In this document: positions 59,940 through 64,000 of the stretch, one piece after another
How positions within the stretch are numbered: the stretch's first letter is position 1
How the letters are laid out: each line of letters starts with the position of its first letter
Assembly: GCA_035533215.1 (NCBI GenBank)
Contig: DATLUG010000028.1
Coordinates: 75,243-139,242, forward strand
Length of the DNA: 64,000 nucleotides
DNA from: Candidatus Micrarchaeia archaeon
GTDB lineage: Bacteria > Chloroflexota > Dormibacteria > Aeolococcales > Bog-877
Direction of reading: 5' to 3'
Notes under the pieces: generated by a model
What the model saw: the letters and a program-made list of their open reading frames with translations, nothing else
What the model was told of the DNA's origin: nothing
Databases searched by the model: none
Translations under genes and position numbers: made by a program

Positions 59940-60455
59940 CTAAAAGTGCAGAGGTTCGGTGGCAGGAGCGGAGCCCTGACGGTGGACAGTGTCAACGGTC
60001 ACGAAACGTCCCGGTGGGCGGACACCAGGAATCCCGCTGGGCGGACACGAGATGTCCGGGTCGGGTTCAGGCCATGGGCTGCACCCCGAGCCCTCGGTGG
60101 CGTCGGTGAGGCGAAGGGATGTGCCCTCGGTGAGGACGACGTGGGCGTGGTGGAGGAGCCGGCGGGGTGGAGGTTGGACGTGACCGCCACGCTGCGGCGC
60201 TCGGAGGCAGCGTCGACAACACGATAGAAAGCCTCGGCGGCGTCCTGGCCGGCGCGGAGCAGGCCAATGTCGTCGATCACGATGAGATCGCCGCGGGTGA
60301 TCCGGGTCACCACCTTGGCGGTGGAGCCGTCCACCTTGGCGCGGCCGAGCAGGGTGGTGAGCGACTCCAAGGTGAACCAGGCCGCGCGCCGGCCGCTGTC
60401 GATGTTGGCCGAGGCGAGGGCCTCGCAGAGGTGACTCTTGCCGGTCCCCCTTGTT
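59940..60455 (-). pseudogene. istB: IS21-family helper ATPase IstB remnant: 5' truncated by the IS630 insertion, with an internal deletion/frameshift
   Basis: Walker A GTGKSHLCEALA, then LIVIDDIGLL...ERRSVAVTSNL. After a frame change it continues RLLHHAHVVLTEGTSLRLTDA to the TAG at 59940. Confidence 0.7.
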
Positions 60456-60491
60456 TCCCGGAGCTGAGGTTCATGTTAATGTCAGGGGGTC

Positions 60492-61421
60492 ATGTCCGAT
60501 CGGGAGCGGCCGACGTTCCCCATGGAGCGCGGGCGTCCCAAAGCCACCTTGGTGGTGGCGGAACCGGACCGGGAGGCGCTGCTCCGCTGGGTGCAGCGGC
60601 GCAGCTCCAGCAATGGGTTGGCGCAGCGCGCGCGGATCGTGCTGCGCTGCAGTGAGGGTGTCACCAACGTCGCGGTCGCCCGCGAATTGCGGATCACCAA
60701 CGCGACCGTGGGCAAGTGGCGGCAGCGATTCATCGCGCGCGGCGTGGCCGGCCTGCTCGACGAGCCGCGCTGAGGGGCCCCGCGCCGCATCACGGACGAG
60801 CAGGTGGAGACCGTCGTCGTGCGCACGCTGGAGACGATGCCGCCAGCGGCGACCCACTGGAGCACACGGCGCATGGCGGCCCGGAGCGGGCTGAGTCATG
60901 CCTCGGTCCGTCGCATCTGGCGAGCGTTTGGTCTCCAGCCCCATCGGGTGGAGAGGTTCAAGCTCTCCAGTGATCCCCAGCTGGTGGAGAAGGTGCGCGA
61001 CATCGTGGGTCTGTACTTTCATCCGCCGGCCCACGCGCTGGTGCTCTGCGTCGACGAGAAGATCCAGATCCAGGCGCTGGATCGGACGCAGCCGATCCTG
61101 CCGATGGCGCCGGGGATGCCCGAGCGGCGCACCCATGACTACCGGCGCCACGGCACCACCTCGCTCTTCGCCGCTCTCGACATCGCCACGGGGAAGGTCA
61201 TCGGCCAGCTGCACCGCCGCCATCGCTGCTCTGAGTTCCGCCAGTTCCTGGACCGCATCGATCAGGCGGTGCCCGCGGCGCTGGACGTCCACCTGATCTG
61301 CGACAACTACGCGACTCACAAGACGCCCACGATTCAGCGCTGGCTGGCCGCCCATCCCCGTTAGCACGTGCACTTCACTCCCACCTACTCCTCGTGGATC
61401 AATCAAGTCGAGAATGGGTGA
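60492..61421 (+). mobile_element. IS630-family transposase gene, inactivated: in-frame TGA (60771) and TAG (61362), 3' truncated just after the DDE glutamate region
   Basis: HTH part GVTNVAVARELRITNATVGKWRQRFIARGVAGLLDEPR*. The same frame continues [12 protein letters not shown]...[12 protein letters not shown]...[19 protein letters not shown]...[11 protein letters not shown]...HPR*HVHFTPTYSSWINQVENG*. Confidence 0.8.
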
Positions 61422-61451
61422 ACACAATCGACCAGGGGCAGGGGTTCGAAC

Positions 61452-62657
61452 TCACTCTGGAGGTCGCGATTCGGTAGCCTCAGCAGCTCTACGATCACCA
61501 GGGCTCCCGGCCGGCCTCAGCAGCGCGTACAGGTCGTCGAGGAGTCGGTCGAGTCTGGTGAGGTCGTACGCTTCGTAGGACTGGTCATGCCGGGCAGCGG
61601 CTTCAAGCAGGTCGCCGGGACTCTGAGCTGGATCGGAATGCCAGCAACGGTAGAGGAACATTCCCTCCCGCAGACGTTTGAGTTCCACCCCCTGCTTGCC
61701 GTGAGGACGTTGTCCGCGCCCTCGCCAAAGCCATTCCTGCCGCGGCACGATCCACTTCCTCCACACCTGCACCCAGTCCTCAAGAGTGACGTATTCGTCC
61801 AAGCCTCCTACGGTCACTGAGAACCTGTCGGGGTCCGGGGGAAGAGCGTCGTCGTCCAGTTCGCCCATGGCCACCATGGTGAGCGCCATGTCCTGTCCCT
61901 CCAGGTAGGTGCGCTCACCGGTCAGGACATGGCCGCCGATGGCGACCTGCATCGACCTTGTCCGCGGTAGGCGGTGTCGTCGGAGGAGGGCGATCACCGA
62001 ATGTGTGAGGGGAGCGACCCGGTCGGACTCTTCTCGGCACAGCCAGTCCGGGGTGGCGTCCGTCACCAACAGACCCACACGGGCGCTTTCTCGGGCACTC
62101 TCAAGTATCCTCTGAGATACGCCCATCTCTGACGCTTCGCCGCTCTCAAGGGCCTGGCCCGCGGCCGCCCGCGCGTGGATGTGGCGCCACCGGGCCACCT
62201 CATTCCGCTGGATCACCAAGTGCGGGTTTGCTGGTTGCGGAAACCGCACTCGGCCGACGTCTGGCAGCGCCCCCCCGCCGGGTGGCGGGACCCACTTGGG
62301 AGGTGCAGGCTCCCACTCATAGGGCCCAGAGAAGAGATCGGGCGGGATCCGCAGCAGAGCTCGGACCAAGGCGCAGTCTGCCTCGACGTGGGGGTTTTCC
62401 GGAAGGAGCGCGAGGCGAGCCCGCAGCCCCTCCGAGGTGTCTGTCCACGGAATCTGGCGCCGGGGGAAGACGTGCTCGAGCAGCGCGAGTGGCAAGCCCC
62501 GCTCTGCTTGGCGCGCGAGGCGCGGATCGAATCCGCGAATCGTACGCAGGGCTTCCCGATGCCCCTCGTCCGTGAAGTCGCGTGGGCCGGGCCCATACAG
62601 CGATCGGAGTGCCTGTCGCACCTCCTCGGGTACGCCGGACGTCTGCTTTCTCGTCAT
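61452..62657 (-). CDS. Hypothetical protein (401 aa), no recognisable domain; lower-GC, divergent from the Prim-Pol gene
   Basis: A long ORF in a region where the GC content is lower, so shadow ORFs are less likely. The composition looks like a real protein (W, Y, E, D, K present). No motif identified. Confidence 0.6.
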   Translation of the reverse strand: MTRKQTSGVPEEVRQALRSLYGPGPRDFTDEGHREALRTIRGFDPRLARQAERGLPLALLEHVFPRRQIPWTDTSEGLRARLALLPENPHVEADCALVRALLRIPPDLFSGPYEWEPAPPKWVPPPGGGALPDVGRVRFPQPANPHLVIQRNEVARWRHIHARAAAGQALESGEASEMGVSQRILESARESARVGLLVTDATPDWLCREESDRVAPLTHSVIALLRRHRLPRTRSMQVAIGGHVLTGERTYLEGQDMALTMVAMGELDDDALPPDPDRFSVTVGGLDEYVTLEDWVQVWRKWIVPRQEWLWRGRGQRPHGKQGVELKRLREGMFLYRCWHSDPAQSPGDLLEAAARHDQSYEAYDLTRLDRLLDDLYALLRPAGSPGDRRAAEATESRPPE

Positions 62658-62712
62658 AGAGACCCCCTATGACACCTGGACCGATCTGTAGTGTAGCGGC
62701 GACGATCCCCCG

Positions 62713-62922
62713 GTGGCCACCGATCGCCTCCCGATCATCGATGTCGTCGTCGAACGTGTCAGCGACGATCACGCTCCCCGCGACATTGTCGCTGCAATCG
62801 ACCTCATCCTGCGCGCCGCCGTCACGCCGGCCGGCTCGGACGCCACGGACAGCGGGGCGGCCTCCGGCTCCGAGCCCAGGGCGCGAGACGCCGCCAACTC
62901 CGGGGCTCGCGCCCATGCATGA
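62713..62922 (+). CDS. Possible small acidic protein (69 aa) whose stop overlaps the Prim-Pol start
   Basis: GTG start. Third-position GC is high across the ORF. The stop TGA at 62920-62922 overlaps the ATG at 62915. No homology recognised. Confidence 0.3.
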   Translation: MATDRLPIIDVVVERVSDDHAPRDIVAAIDLILRAAVTPAGSDATDSGAASGSEPRARDAANSGARAHA

Positions 62923-63769
62923 CCCTGGGCCGCTGGCCACTGCGCCGGCCTATGTCGAGATCGGCCTTCCCATCATTCCGATCTGCGGGCCGCGGCATGG
63001 GTGCGGTTCCCCGGGCAAGATCCCGTTCGACCCTCTCGCCAGGCGCCACCTCGCGGGCTGGCAACACCGCGGCATCCCAGATCCCGATCAAGTCGCTCGA
63101 TGGCTGGAAGCGCCTGGCGTGCGGGGCCTCAACATCGGGCTCGTGCTCGGTGACGGACTCGTGGGCCTCGACGTGGACGGCCCAGAGGGCGAGACCCTTC
63201 TGGCCGATCGATCGCAGGGCGATCTCCCCCAGACGTGGGCCTTCACAACCGCACGCGGCCGGCGGCTGATCTACGCAGCCCCAACGGCCACGCGGATCGG
63301 GAAGGCGAACCTTCGCGGCAGCGCACCGCGCGGTGGACTGGACATTCTCGGTGAGGGAACGCAGACGGTGGTGCCTCCTTCTGTCCACCACACAGGCGCT
63401 GTGTGCCGCTGGGCTCCGCAACGCGACCCTTGGCAAGCGGGGCCGCCTGCCCTGGCGCCGGCCTGGGTGACCGCCGAAGCACACGCGCGCACAACACCGA
63501 CTGACTCCCAGTCGTGGTCGCATCGCGGCTGGTGGCAGCCTCTGCTCGTGGGCGTCTCGGTAGGCGCTCGGCACAGCACCGCAGCCCGGCTTGTCGGCCG
63601 GTGGGTACGCCTCGGGCTCGGTCCGGAGGAGATCGCACTCCTGGCCGCCGCCTGGAACGCCCGCAACCCCGAGCCTCTCCCGGTACCCGAGTTGGAGCGG
63701 ATCATGGCTGATCTGGTCCAGCTCGCCCCGCCATCCGCGATCTCACGACGCGTCGTCGCGACCGGCTGA
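62915..63769 (+). CDS. Bifunctional DNA primase/polymerase (Prim-Pol, N-terminal domain) with PriCT-like C-terminal domain
   Basis: YVEIGLPIIPIC...GKIP...GLNIGLVLGDGLVGLDVDGPEG (the DxD catalytic motif)...LDILGEGTQTVVPPSVH. C-terminal part: GARHSTAARLVGRWVRLGLGPEEIALLAAAWNARN. Confidence 0.8.
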   Translation: MHDPGPLATAPAYVEIGLPIIPICGPRHGCGSPGKIPFDPLARRHLAGWQHRGIPDPDQVARWLEAPGVRGLNIGLVLGDGLVGLDVDGPEGETLLADRSQGDLPQTWAFTTARGRRLIYAAPTATRIGKANLRGSAPRGGLDILGEGTQTVVPPSVHHTGAVCRWAPQRDPWQAGPPALAPAWVTAEAHARTTPTDSQSWSHRGWWQPLLVGVSVGARHSTAARLVGRWVRLGLGPEEIALLAAAWNARNPEPLPVPELERIMADLVQLAPPSAISRRVVATG

Positions 63770-63777
63770 CACCAAGA

Positions 63778-63799
63778 GGGGCGGGCTGGAACCCGCCCC
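63778..63799 (+). terminator. Hairpin GGGGCGGG-CTGGAA-CCCGCCCC after the Prim-Pol gene
   Basis: An 8-bp GC stem 9 nt after the stop codon, with no U-tract. Confidence 0.35.
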
Positions 63800-63809
63800 T
63801 GGTCGAGGG

Positions 63810-64000
63810 ATGAAGGTGAGCATACCAAGTCCGAACACATGGGCGATCGAGATGGTGGGTGAGCCAGAGATCACCGAGCAGGGCGTCGTCGTGGTCACGC
63901 TCGACTTCCGCGTCGACGGTCAGGTGATCACGTCAGACCGCGTCGCCCTCCACGACGAGGTGGCTCGGCGGCGGTTTCTGAAGGAGGTCACGCACTCATG
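63810..64000 (+). CDS. Hypothetical protein, 5' part only (continues beyond window)
   Basis: The ATG at 63810 is preceded by GAGGGA. MKVSIPSPNTWAIEMVGEPEITEQGVVVVTLDFRVDGQVITSDRVALHDEVARRRFLKEVTHS stays open to the window end. Confidence 0.45.
   Translation, partial: MKVSIPSPNTWAIEMVGEPEITEQGVVVVTLDFRVDGQVITSDRVALHDEVARRRFLKEVTHS

Noticed and set aside
61430-61470. tRNA-like fragment (GGGGTTCGAACTC) as a possible att site at the IS630/Prim-Pol junction
   Set aside because: The flanking bases do not form a T-stem or acceptor stem on either strand. The similarity is limited to the TTCGAA core.

Overview
High-GC (roughly 70% or more) bacterial chromosomal segment. The style is Actinobacteria-like: GGAGG Shine-Dalgarno sites, frequent GTG starts, and many 4-nt NTGA stop/start overlaps. 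The lineage cannot be assigned from the sequence alone. Most long six-frame ORFs are GC-driven shadow ORFs, so calls rest on recognisable protein motifs, SD sites and stop/start coupling read directly from the sequence.

nt 1-29,500 is dense housekeeping:
- An SDR / GMC-oxidoreductase / TPP-enzyme operon.
- An enolase-superfamily gene, ilvD, an ACT-malic enzyme and a GNAT.
- An HtrA-like protein with all three catalytic residues replaced.
- pyrG, a radical SAM gene, an M50 protease, rpmE, prfA, an S51 peptidase and a DEDD exonuclease.
- A hemA-hemC-hemD-hemB-cyclophilin-hemL block, then tatA-tatC-rph-rdgB.

A tRNA-Pro(UGG) at 29576-29647 marks the switch to a mosaic accessory region:
- An RHH/PIN toxin-antitoxin pair, an amber-interrupted orphan HlyD adaptor and a GH18 enzyme.
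- A YciI + COG4941-type ECF sigma + Pro/Thr-rich lipoprotein + serine hydrolase cluster.
- An SPFH/NfeD pair.
- A type III PKS + ICMT-like methyltransferase, divergent from acetoacetyl-CoA synthetase.
- A kinase/aminotransferase fusion.
- An orphan solute-binding protein with a near-consensus promoter and operator.
- A small overlapping membrane-gene cluster.
- A decayed ABC-2 exporter, two IS21 remnants and a nonsense-mutated IS630 nested in an istB fragment.
- At the right edge, a lower-GC Prim-Pol/PriCT integrative-element module that runs out of the window.

No rRNA, CRISPR array or recognisable known defence system was seen.

The most unusual items:
- The orphan genes around the Prim-Pol module.
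- The 53.6-55.2 kb overlapping small-gene cluster.
- The dead-protease / dead-MBL pair.
- The TPP / GMC / membrane-anchor operon.
- Recurrent CTGA junctions that imply CTG-initiated coupled translation.
- A run of in-frame nonsense codons confined to accessory genes.
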